Below are positions 39,201 through 50,833 of a stretch of 64,000 nt of DNA, piece after piece. Every line of letters starts with the position of its first letter. The stretch's first letter is position 1. Position numbers and translations under genes: made by a program. Below the pieces are notes generated by a model. The model was not told where the DNA came from. It did not search any database and was given only the letters and a program-made list of their open reading frames with translations. The DNA comes from Oculina patagonica (taxonomy: Eukaryota): assembly GCF_052425735.1 (NCBI RefSeq), contig NC_135762.1, positions 12,834,001 to 12,898,000 of the forward strand, in the 5' to 3' direction.

Positions 39201-42200
39201 AACAGGGATGAGGTGGATGCTGGCGGTCCGAAGGAATTAGAGATTTCACTGGACATAGCCAAGCCAATACAAGAAACAAAACAGGAGAATGAGGCATCAG
39301 TTGGAGACCCTACCGCCACTGCGCTAGTAAGAAGCGAACCAGCAGAGCTAGATATTCAACTGGGTATTGATACCACTGCAGTTTTGCCGAATGACGTCAC
39401 AGATTTGGTTGTGCAATACTTGCAAGATCTGAAGTTGGAGGACAACATAAGAACAAAGGAAGCAATTTTAACTCTGTGGGATTTTGCCGGGCAGCACCTT
39501 TATTATGCATCCCATTCTGTTTTCCTCTCCCCACGAGCTATCTACGCCTTGGTGTATAACCTTAGCAGAGATCTGAATGCTCCAGCAGAACCTTGTGTCA
39601 GACAGGGCATTCACGACATTGTTCTGGAAAATCCAAACAGTGAGACCAATTTAGAGAGTTTGTTGACCTGGTTGGCCTCTGTTCACAGTATTCGGCCAAT
39701 AACGGATGAGGCTGCTAGTCATCAGGAAGGGAAACTAGCTTACCTCCGTCCTCCAGTGTTTATTGTAGGTACTAATGCAGATAAACCTTTTGAAGATATC
39801 AAGAAAATGGAAAAGTGCATTCAGAAGAGTATTACGGGAAAGGCGTACGAGAAGCATGTAATTAGGCCATTCTTTGCTGTTGATAACACAAGATCGTTTA
39901 GTGACGATGGGGTTCAAGCACTTCAGAAAAGGGTCATGGAGGTGTTGAAACAGGAGCCGTACATGGGTGAAGAGGTGCCAATAAGGTACTTTGCTTTAGA
40001 TTCCAATTCCAGGTGTCAAATAGTAACAAGAACGTCAGTTGAATAAGTCGATAAAAAAATTAAATGCTTAAGAAAAACCATTGCCAACTTGTGTCTGTTT
40101 GCGTTTCAACAACTTTCTCGTTAACTCCCTGTAGTCCTTGAACTGTCTAACTGAAAAACAGAAGTCGTCAAAATGACCTGACCCTTGATTGACTTGCTAC
40201 CTAGAATGCAAAGATGTGAAAGTGATTTGTTATTATAACATGTACAATTATTCAGCTCAAAAGTCTTTTCAAAAGGGCAAGCAGCAAACGAGTGTATTTT
40301 TTTGTTTGTTTTCCTTAGGTGGTTTACCTTCGAAAAAGTCGTCGAGGCTTTAGTAGCAAAGGAAACCTATCACATGGATCTTGATCAGCTCCTAGCTGTC
40401 ACAAGACGAGTCTGCCGCATAGACGACGGGGAAGAATTAACAGCCATGTTGAATTTTTATCATGATCTCGGAGTGATCGTAAAGCATGGCCATACTGTTG
40501 TGCTGCAGGCTCAATTGTTGATTGACCTTTTCAAACAACTCATTACTGTGCGACCCTTTGATGAGGTGGTAAGCAGAGATTTCCCTATGAACTCTATATT
40601 ACTTCTGGGCTCGGAAGAACTTGCCATATGATTACTCATAAAGTTCAGTGTCATTTTGGCCAGGCCTAAATCCCAGCTTTTTTATAGACCATCGGGAATC
40701 TTAAAACGAAATTTTCATACAGCAACATTTTCACCTTTCTCCTTCCATTCTCTCCTATTTAATTTCATTTGTCCAAAACGGGACGTCACTCTACATAAAA
40801 GCAACATTGCCTATCTTTAAGCACAGTGTAGGCTCTAGTTTACTCAAATGTGCACTAAATTCTTACGAAAATGCCTCTGAAAGACTTGATTCCCACTCGG
40901 TTACAAGGCGGAGGTATACTTGAAGGCCGTTTATCCACCGCTTAATATCGAATATCTCGTTCGCCTTTCAAGCAATCCAAACGAATCTACAGTGTATTTT
41001 TTTTTGCGGTGTTTTGAATATTTTTGGCGATATTTGGGAGGAAACAGTTTTTCTCAAAGGACTAGTAAAATATAGAGAAATAAGAAATATTCAAGATTAT
41101 ATGTGATTTGAAAATTAGAATTTGAAGTTAAAAATTAGTTAGTGGACACCCAACCAGTCCCCTGACAACCTGGAGCGCTCTTGGTGGTGTTCTTTATTGT
41201 ATCCCTTTTTCAAAACCTCTTAAAATTTCATTCAAATTCACTTTTACCCCCGCCTCAAGTGAGGTGGCCCATGAAAACAAAAAACTCACTCTACGGTACT
41301 TTTCTTGTCATATCTTTATTCAGAATCCTCTGTACTCAGAATGCTGGCTGGAACTCGAAGAAAGTGGTATTCTCAGGATGACTCTTGTCGATCACGTTTT
41401 CGCAGATTTCATTCAGAAAGGTCTTTCTAAGGAGGACGTTTTGGATACGATGGAGCTCTATGGGTTAATCGCCAAATTTTCCTTTGTTCCCGCGGTTGGC
41501 GAGCAGGAACAAAGATATTTTGTGCCTGCCCAGCTTCGATCATCCCCTTCAGGTCTGTGCGAGATAAAGCCCTCTAACAGCGATCCATGCCCACTGTATC
41601 TCCATTTCCTCGATGGATTTGTCCCTCATGGACTATTTCCTCAGCTGCTGTCAAGAAGTATACGCTGGTGTTCTGAACGCGGTCCCAAACAAGCTCCTAA
41701 TTTATACCAAAATGGGGCAAGGCTTTTCATTGGCAAGCAGACCATTTACAATCTGATTCTTATCTGCAGAAAGAGATTCATCAAGATCATTTTGAAGCAA
41801 AGACGTCCTTCTTCAGCACCTCCATTAACTGCATCAGTGGAAATGGCACGCGACGTTCGCCTCTTTCTGGAAGATACCCTACAAGACTTGTCACACGAGT
41901 TGTCCTGGTTACGTAACCTCCGGTATGAACTGTGTGTTGCTTGCACCAGTTGTTTAAAGGAAAGTAAAGAGTGCATCAAGCACAGAGAAGTCTGCTGTGC
42001 TCACGATGACTGTCTACATCTTCTCCGTGTGCTTCCTGAAGAACAGCTGATATGCCCGAAGAGCTTTAGCGATGATACAGTTGAAGTTCGTGGATTGGAG
42101 AAATGGTTCCAGGGCCATAAAACGGAGGTACTAATTCTTTCAAATTTTCTTTAACTTAAGTTGTAAATCATTATGTAAGGTGAAGGGTAAAGTCTGTGTT

Positions 42201-45046
42201 TGAACCTAGTGGTCCATCAGGACAGAGCTTATCGCGGTTTCCGTAGCATTAAAAGACTAGCAGTATTCTTAATCCTCTCTGGACGAGATACTAGTCCATC
42301 GCAGGGTTACCCCCCAGCATCACATTCGCCGGTACTCATTTATACACCTGGGTGGAGAGAGGGCATTATGAGAGTAAAGTACCTTGCCCAGGGACACAAC
42401 GATTATTCAGTTGCAGTTTAATCCTGAATTTCACCCAGTATCGTCTGGTAGAGATGAGTTTTTTTTTTTATTTCCATCAACATTCTTGGTATCCTCAGTG
42501 CTTGGTCTTGCAGGACATGCTATATTTCAAGTCTAATTATTTAACATCTTTGTCTAAACCTTAACATTCAACAGCTGTCTTTTCAAGCTATTTTTTTTAT
42601 TTACTTTCTCTTTTTTTAACATAGATTGAAGAACAGAGAGTGGCTTTTCTGGCTCCTGAAGGTAAGAACAATGTGTTCTTGTTAATCATAAGAGCATGTG
42701 ATCTATGAGCAATATACAATGCGGCCCCTATACTTGGAAAATTTGGAGTAATTGCAAAATATCATCCGCGATGTATCAGCATGGTCATCAAAATCAAGTT
42801 CACGCTACTTTTTTACGTAGTTATAAATGCGTTATTGGCTCTGTCGAGCTATACTAAGAACTAACTAAGAAGAAGAATCAAAGAAAGAGGAATAAAACAA
42901 TGGAAACAAGTTATTTCAGCGAAGCGTCGCGTGACGACCCAAAAGTGGCTGCGTAGGAGACTACAGGACCTCCCATTGGCAAATAATCGTTCGCATGCTT
43001 CATGCTTGTATAGGACTAAGTGAACGTCAGTTGTTCAGCTGACAGCTGTAAGAGAGATTCTCCAACGAAAAATGTTTGCTTTTGTTCCGGTTTGCAGTTT
43101 GAGTAAGTTTTAAATTCTACTAAATTTAGGTCTATCTAATTTTTAAGGCGCCCATTTCAACAATGCACCGTTACTGAATATACCTTAAGGAGTCTTTGTA
43201 ATGTACAGGATTGATCATGTCAACAATTGTTATTGTTGCAGCTTCCATAGCTTTGGAACAACCACCATCCAAATCCGGCACACCTTCAACCGACGATCTT
43301 CTCCTTCTTGCCTTTGAGCTGGGCACCTCATGGAAGATGCTTGGCCGAACCCTGGCTCTTCCTGAGCCAGTGCTGGAGCAGATTGAAGTGGATAACCCTC
43401 ACCTATCTGAGAGATGCTATGGCGTGTTAAGACGGTGGACAGAAGTTTTTGGGTCAGCGGCAACTTACGAGTCACTGGCGCGAGCATTGCAGCATCCCAT
43501 TGTGGGAAAAGGAGAACTTGCTGTCAAGTACTGTGACGTTTGCAGAGATGCATATCAAGGTAGATAGTTAAAAACTCCAGCCGACCTTAGAATTCTGATG
43601 AAAAGGGTTCAACAAATGATTACCAATTTTCATCATAATCGATGCCTTTACCCTGTTTTCTAATACCCGAGCAGGCAGGATAGTGGGATTGCCTCCTGTG
43701 TCCCGCAGTAAAAATGTTGGTCTTAAAGCCATATAATAAATTCTTTACTGACCTTGCTCTTTTTCTTTATGGCATAATTATGAAACTCATCTTAGATCTA
43801 CATCTCGATCCATTAACACGCAAAAAAGAACTTTGCCTAAATCCAAACATCTTGATTTAGCAAGCTTGGTCAATAACCCTTATATTTGATACAATTTTAG
43901 ATGTGGACACCGCACCCATCCCCTCTCAGACAGCTGATGTTTCCGGCTCGAGTTGCCCAGTTTTCCTGTCGTATCAGTGGGATTTACAAGACACAGTGAA
44001 AAGACTGAAAAGCAGGATGCAAGAGAGTGGGATTCAATGTTGGATGGACATCGGACAGATGGGCGGTGGCGATGCTCTGTTTGCAAAGATAGATGCCGGT
44101 ATTCGAGCGTGCAAGGTCAGATAAATTATTTTGTAACCCTGGCCCCTCGTTCTTTGTTTCTTTCTTCTTTGTTTTCGAAATCATAGTACGATTTCGCCCT
44201 ACAGTGAGCAGAAGCAAATGTGTCTTGTGATTGATAATTGAACGTTGTTCCCTCTGGTAAAAGAGATCAGAAACCAAGAAAACCCGGTGTACCTGTAGTT
44301 TTATTGGACCGGCTAACAGTAACATTGCAATCACGATATAACGACACTTGGGAACTAAACAAACCTAATGATTTAAGAGATATTACGTCATATGAACTCT
44401 TTAACGAAGATAGTATTAAGAACGTCGTTGTTTTACACACCTGCTACATTAATGAATCACCAGATACAACGAACCTGCTGAAAAATCAACTTCTTTTGCG
44501 ATAGAACGAACTTCGTGATCTCAAATCTCCTGGTATGACAGACTTCCCTCTATAACGAACATCCATGTATAACTAACTGGCAGATTTATCAAACCTTCGG
44601 GTATCACTAGATTTCCGGTGTAATCTCCCGGTAATCTAACTACTGATAAAACAAGATAAAAACTAAATGCAAATAGTTATATTCGACGGTTCTTTTTCAT
44701 TTCTATAAGGAAGCCCGTTAGAACGAACTCCAACTTACAGCGAACATACTGTTTGAACAAATAACAATTCTTTCTCCTTTTTGTCCTGGCATAGGTCTTC
44801 GTTTGTTGCGTAACAGAAAAATACTGCCAATCAGACGCCTGCCAAGGAGAGGCCACCTTAGCTCATAGCTTAAAGAAACCCGTCATCCCTCTGTTGTTTG
44901 AAGACATTTCCTGGCCTCCAGAAGGTCAACTCGCCTTGATCTTTACCAAGCTTCTTTACATCAAGATAACCGAGAAACACGGCACCATTCCTGATGCAGA
45001 GTTCCAACAGTTGATGAGAAAAGTGGAAGAGTTTGTGAAACCTTGA
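25084..45046 (+). CDS. ROCO-family gene copy B, apparently complete (1449 aa): SAM-like, ACK-type pseudokinase, SH3, Roc, COR, death domain, TIR
   Basis: 18 coding exons: 25084-25182, 25417-25641, 28783-28941, 29022-29165, 30474-30647, 31097-31140, 31988-32102, 33296-33439, 34646-34755, 37073-37170, 37273-37655, 39198-39985, 40319-40568, 41324-42127, 42625-42661, 43251-43559, 43901-44115, 44795-45046. They sum to 4350 nt with no internal stop. Intron phases match copy A and exon lengths match or differ by 1-2 codons. The start exon is the least certain. Confidence 0.87.
26633..28240. mobile_element. Foldback-type element with ~245-bp TIRs built of tandem ACCATAAATGTAAT motifs (intronic)
   Basis: Arms 26633-26877 and 27996-28240 are near-perfect reverse complements with TGT...ACA ends. 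There is no coding capacity inside. Confidence 0.8.
30198..30288. repeat. (TCAA)n/(TCCA)n compound microsatellite
   Basis: Direct reading. Confidence 0.9.
38086..39130. mobile_element. MITE with ~120-bp imperfect TIRs, copy B only
   Basis: TA|CAC...GTG|TA. The arms 38086-~38208 and ~39012-39130 are reverse complements. This accounts for the intron being ~1.1 kb longer than in copy A. Confidence 0.7.
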
Positions 45047-46868
45047 GATTTGCTAGGTATCCGGCTTTAGAGGTGCCTCAGATGTGAACTAAATCAACGG
45101 TTGTTTTAGTCAGAATGGCAACGATCAACCATTGTGTGGAGTGTCCTCACGTAATCTGAGTTCTTTTCTTATTGAGTATTAGCTATTGTTCACATTTGGG
45201 AACTCCAGTATGACTGCTGTACCTTGTAGACAGCATTCGAAAAATCGAACCTCCACTGCACGTGACTGAGTAGCCTTGCTCACATTGCCAGCTGGTACCG
45301 GTTGTTCAAAGAATGGTTAACGCTTCCCGCTGAATAAATCACTATCCAGTGGATAGCGTTGCATGTTTTGACAACACTAAGCCACTGGATATCGACTAAC
45401 CGATGGATAGCGTTATCTACCCTTCAAAAAAATGGAAAAAAGGATTTTTTAGCCAATAAAAAAGTAGACAGTTGTTTACAAATGAAAGGCGCGGTGGCCT
45501 AGTGGTTAGTGCACTGGACTCCGGGCTGGAGCCCTGGTCAAGGTCACTGCGCTTTGTTCTTCAAAAAGATGTTTAATTCTCATGTTGCCCCTCTTCGCCT
45601 AGGATTATATATGAGTGTGGTCTAACGTCCTATCTACATGTAGGGGATAAGGATGAATAGAAGTACTTCTTGTCGCTTTATACTACTGCAACGGTAGATA
45701 AGCGCCAGGTTGATGGGCCACTAGGCTCGAACGTAGACGTTTTACCTTACAAATAAGTTCGCCATTTTCATGACGCGCCTTGCCCGCTTCCAAGGCTTTG
45801 GACTGGTGTGATGTGCCTTAAACTGGTAAATAATGATAGTGATTGCACCCATCTTTATGGAATAACAGCAGTGTATGTAAAATATTTCTATACACTGTTC
45901 GAAATGGAGAAAATTCTAAACAGCGTCTGTATATTTTTGTCGGCAAAATACCATGTTTTATGTTTTTATTTTTTTAGATTCTTATTTAATTTCTTTGTAT
46001 TTTTTAGCTCCCCTATGGGCTACGTTTTTTGTTCCCTTTGGAGGAGGGAGGGGAAGGGGCGGGAAATATAAATGATTAATGAATTCATTTTAAGTGAGTC
46101 ATTTTCGTGCCCTTTTCTTTGTTTTTTTTTTTTTTTGTCGGCAAAATTACTTATGACGACAATCTAATCTTTAAATAACAGGGTACATACAAGCTGACAA
46201 ACTGCCTGAAATAATCCTGAATTAAATAAACCAGACAGCCTTGTTGCAAATTTATTAACTTTAAAAAGAAAAAAGAAATCTCGATCTCTGATACACACAT
46301 CCGAATCACAAATAACTTAATTTTAAAATTTCATTGCAGTGTGACATTTTCGATAGTCTCTTCGAAGTACTCTACAATCTTTAAAAGCACTTTGTTGACA
46401 AAAAAATGAAAATAAAAAGGTTGTTACAAAAAGCGAGTCGCTCGAAGAAAAAGGGAATAGAGTATATTTCAGCCTTGGTGTGATAATGTGAACTTATATG
46501 ATTAACATAATAGATTAAAATCATTAATTAATAAAGAATCTATTAATTAAAAAATATATTTTTAGATAAAACGGCTTCACTGTTTTCATTTGTTTTAACA
46601 TCTGTTCCTTGGAACAATTAGTTGAAACAGTTGAATCTGTAATTAACAATACTTGAATCCTTCTCTGATCAAACTTGTTAAATTTGACCCGTCCGAATGC
46701 TTTTTGCCAATCACTACGCGATAAAAATTGGTCAAAATCGTAAGAATTGATTTGACTAACATCGATCGTAACGGTCAATCGATATGACCCACTGAAAAAA
46801 AAGGGTATCGATTGTATCGACAACCGAGAAAATCAAGTGCTATTGAGAGGAAAAATGCTTTTACTTTA

Positions 46869-47077
46869 GGCCTGGTTCACACTAGCGACATAACGACATG
46901 GATACAACGACATAAAGAAAAGATCAGTTTTTTTCCTTATATGTCGTAATGTTTATGACGTTATGTTCTTGTTATTTTGTTATGTCGTGTTCTTCACACT
47001 GGTGACTTAAAACATCTACGTAAGGTGTTTTTGTATTTGCGTGACCTTGCCGTTTTGTCGCTAGTTTGAACCAGGCC
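46869..47077. mobile_element. PIF/Harbinger-like MITE
   Basis: TTA|GGCCTGGTTCACACTAGCGACA...TGTCGCTAGTTTGAACCAGGCC|TTA. Confidence 0.75.
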
Positions 47078-47901
47078 TTAACAAATACATCACTGGAACC
47101 AGGGCGCTAAAGGAACCATTTAAAACTTGATTCTGCATTTGTAGGCACCTTTCTGTTTATAACGATGGTTTTGAAACCCTTCTGTCACCTTTTAGACCTT
47201 CAAGAGTCGACCAGAGGAAACAACATGCATGATTTTTAACATTGATTTCGGTTGGGCATTTGCTTGCTATTTTAATTTGTTTCCTTTTTCCCTGTGAGGA
47301 ATAACAGGAAATTACAGGAGAAAGACATACACACGCGTACGTGCCTGGGCGCGTACGCCTTGCATCTCACGTACAGAGTGTTGTGGTTTTGTTCACATAC
47401 ACTGTTTCTTGTTTTGGTACTATGAAGTAATAGATGCTTAATACCTGAACTGAACAACATAGTCGTAAATTAAGTCGTAGGCCATTATTTTCCCACCTGA
47501 GTCTCGTTTATATCTTGTTAGATTCGCTTATCATGTGAACATGGAAATTCGTTTCCTTTTTCATGATAGGTAAAACAATTTTCATGATCTTGCGTGAATA
47601 ATAGATCTTAAACGCAGCTATCCGTTAGAAATCGATAAAATCATGAAAATCGATTATGTGAGGAAGCTCTGATCGTGGATACTAGTAAAACGAAGTTCGG
47701 ATCACTTTGGTCGGTCTTCAAGCAAATGAACATGTTAACCTGTTTGTTCTATTCTGATAAATATCATTATAAAATATGGATTTACAGTGTTCGGCACCGA
47801 TTCTGAGACTAACACTTCGTTAATGCAGTTCAGCATTTATACGATTTTTGCGATGTTTGGTTCCTTTGCCTCTTCAATTTTCGCGGAGTTGGAATTAAGT
47901 T

Positions 47902-48118
47902 AGTAGTAATAAAATAAGAGTTCAGGTTCAGGGATCAGGGGATACAGTGACGTCACAATACCCCCAGGGATTACGTCATCAAAATGATCTAAAAATAGAA
48001 GAAAGACCTCATTGAGGGGGAGGGGGGCGTAGGGGAGTAAATGACGTCATGGTGTTATTTTTAGTCATGGGGAGGTAGATTAAATAATTGATACAGTGAT
48101 GTAATGATTTTATTTTTA
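47902..48118 (+). repeat. Left terminal inverted repeat of the Polinton
   Basis: Reverse complement of 57458-57673 with about 2 substitutions and a 1-nt indel. Confidence 0.95.
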
Positions 48119-48184
48119 ACCACAGCAATCTATGAATTTTTCATTATAAAAGTGGTGATAAACTTGTTTCGCTGTCCAGAAATC

Positions 48185-48637
48185 ATGTCAAACCAAAGTG
48201 AAACTTTGCTTGTGGATGAAATCTGTCTTAGAGCTCATCTCATGAGAAATAAAATAGCGGACATCATACAGGACATTTTTGCGAGGCAGATGAATCATCT
48301 TGTTTATGAAGAGGCTAGAAAATGCTGTGAAGGATGTGAGTTAGACGATCCGAGTCAGCTACATCACGATTGCTTGATGGTTGAAGAAGAGGAAAATTGG
48401 ATCAGATACTACGACCTAGCGAAAGAGCATTTAAATATAGATAAACTATGGACTGCAATTGAAAAAGAGACATTGTCAAAACTAGATTTGTATTTGGAAT
48501 ACTCGTGGTTTAAGTATTTACTTAATCTTTTAAAAGTGGATGAAACGTCTGCCTTTTTGCTGTACAAAGATGCTCAACGGAGAGAATATGAGAGTGGAGA
48601 CGACTGCCTGACACTGGGATGCTATGATTATATGTAA
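48185..48637 (+). CDS. Polinton accessory protein with a CxxC...PSQxxHxC putative metal-binding motif
   Basis: The ORF track starts at 48104, inside the TIR; the likelier ATG is 48185 (MSNQ). It contains CCEGCELDDPSQLHHDCL. An AATAAA follows at ~48725. Confidence 0.65.
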   Translation: MSNQSETLLVDEICLRAHLMRNKIADIIQDIFARQMNHLVYEEARKCCEGCELDDPSQLHHDCLMVEEEENWIRYYDLAKEHLNIDKLWTAIEKETLSKLDLYLEYSWFKYLLNLLKVDETSAFLLYKDAQRREYESGDDCLTLGCYDYM

Positions 48638-49084
48638 TTACTTGAGTTCTACTTACAAAGACATGTACAAGTTTAAGTTATCTCTACCATTATAGTTCAC
48701 TTTTGAGGCAAATTGATTGTTTTCAATAAATAAACCTTATGATATGATGTCTTTTCTTTATTCTACAGATTTACTTCATAAACTGCCAAAAAGCTTTTTG
48801 ATCTTTTGTGGTATAATAACACCCATGGGACCAGTACCCCTCTTTGTTTTGAAGGAGATGCAAATGCCATAAAATGTCCACACGAGTTGCCATTTAAATG
48901 TTTATTTTAATTAAGAAAGTTTTTCAGAGGAAATAAACCGAAGAAAATTACTCAATTTCTTACTTTAATGCACTTGTATTAATATAATAGAGTTGCAGTA
49001 ACATTCCTTCAAACAAAGATTGTAATAACAGACTAAGACGTAGACGGTACGTGTCATAAAACAACAAATATTTATGCATGGACA

Positions 49085-49459
49085 TTACAGAGAAAGCCAC
49101 CGTGGACGTTGAGGTGTTGTTATTTTAGACCGTTTGCTAATCTTCTCTGTTTTTCGAATGTCTTTACTTTTGTTTTTCAATAAATCCCTTGATTTTCTTG
49201 GTGTGGATAACTGGTAGTTAATGCCAGTGTCTTGCTGTTGGGTAGAAGGAGGCATGAAACACGCTTTAAATTTTTGGTTGTTCTCAGTGTTTTGATAGAT
49301 GATTACTTTAACTTTTGGTTGTAATTTTGCTTCTTGTAGCCACTTTCTTCTTTGATTGTGATCCAGCTGATGAACATTAGTAAGATGGTTAGATAATTTC
49401 ACGAGATATTTTGCTCCACATCCTGGGACCGGACAGTCTCGGCAAACTCTTCTAACCAT
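49085..49459 (-). CDS. Small C2H2-type zinc-finger protein with a basic tail
   Basis: CPVPGC-x10-HLTNVH pattern and a Lys/Arg-rich C-terminus. Confidence 0.7.
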   Translation of the reverse strand: MVRRVCRDCPVPGCGAKYLVKLSNHLTNVHQLDHNQRRKWLQEAKLQPKVKVIIYQNTENNQKFKACFMPPSTQQQDTGINYQLSTPRKSRDLLKNKSKDIRKTEKISKRSKITTPQRPRWLSL

Positions 49460-50833
49460 GTTAACGGCATGGAATATTGACGCAAATGACAGAATTTTGT
49501 TAATATCCTTAACTAATATAGACGCTACTGAAGGACAGAAAGGTCAAAATAAGAACAAAAAGGACAAAATAAGGGCAGAAAGGACATAACAAGGACAAAT
49601 AGGGCAAAGGAGACATGCGGGGCATTTTAGCTCTGTGTTTCTCTGCGAACGCGTCTCGCGCGGAGAGAGCGCGCGCGTGTAACATATCTTTTCCCTAAAA
49701 ACATTCTACAAAAGTTCACTTGCTAATGTTAGTGTAATCCATTTTCGAGTATATACACTGAGTTTCAAAATAAATACATGAGGCATGAGCACATATTAGT
49801 TTATGGAGTTTATGCATAATTATGAAACACGATAATGCAGACAGTTTACTGTTGTTATCTTAAAATGAGATCACCGCTAAAAATAGAAATTGACTTTATG
49901 AAGATAAGGTACAGGTGCTTGTTAACATGAGATAAGTTCTAAGTTTAGTTATGATGTAATCTAGCATGTATAAAAGCGCTTCACGCTAGAAACTCTAGCT
50001 ATGTGAAGCAAGCAATAAAGAACTCAGGAAAGAAAACAAAAGCGTGTACTTAACATTCAAAATAAGCGGATGACGATTGGCGTGAGTCCGGCGTGAGTGT
50101 CGAGTGGGCCAACATATGAAAGCTACATGAGGTAAGATCATCATTTTCATACCAATCCACTGTTTCAGTTAACGAATATAGAAAGTTCAGTGAACTCATT
50201 AAGGATCTTAATGGGATTTGAATAGTTTTACTCGATTGGCTAACCAATAACCCTGGGAAAAATTACTGTAAAAGCGTTCTTTGTTTCCAAACAAAGCTTA
50301 TTTCATATCGGTCTGTTTGTAAATGAAAAATTTGAATATTACTTCGCTTAATACTTTTGCTCGCATACTCGGTGTGAAAAAATTATCTTGATATTTTGAG
50401 ATGAGTTTGAGAGAAAGAAAAAGTTTTTTGGTTTGTAAAAAATCTCTCTCTGGAAAGTTTCTTTTATTTTTTTTTCAAGGTAACAATTTGAAGTAATAAA
50501 AACGACTTCTAGAAGAAAAAAAAATCGTGATATTTTTACTAAGATAAAGTTTTTAAGTTAAAAACTTTATATTTTTTGACTCGAAGAAAAAGATCATCTC
50601 AAAATAACTCTCTCCAAAAAATTGATCTTTCTTTTTGTCTAAAGGTGGATTTTAACTTTAAAAAAACTTAGAGAGAGAAAAATGTTTATGATTTTTTTTT
50701 AGCTGGAGATAAAAATGTTAAAACAAAACCGGTGGAAAAAATTATTTATTTGTTTTTTTTCCTTAGATTGGAAATTAAACTATAAATATCCGAACTCCAT
50801 TGAAGTGATTGCAGTTTTCACGGAATTTCAAAC

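Noticed and set aside
226-45046. Copies A and B as two haplotypes falsely assembled in tandem across the gap
   Set aside because: The kinase exons differ at ~40-60% of residues and the 5' introns are unalignable, too divergent for typical alleles. Sequence after the gap also resumes where the paralogous segment predicts. Long reads would settle it fully.
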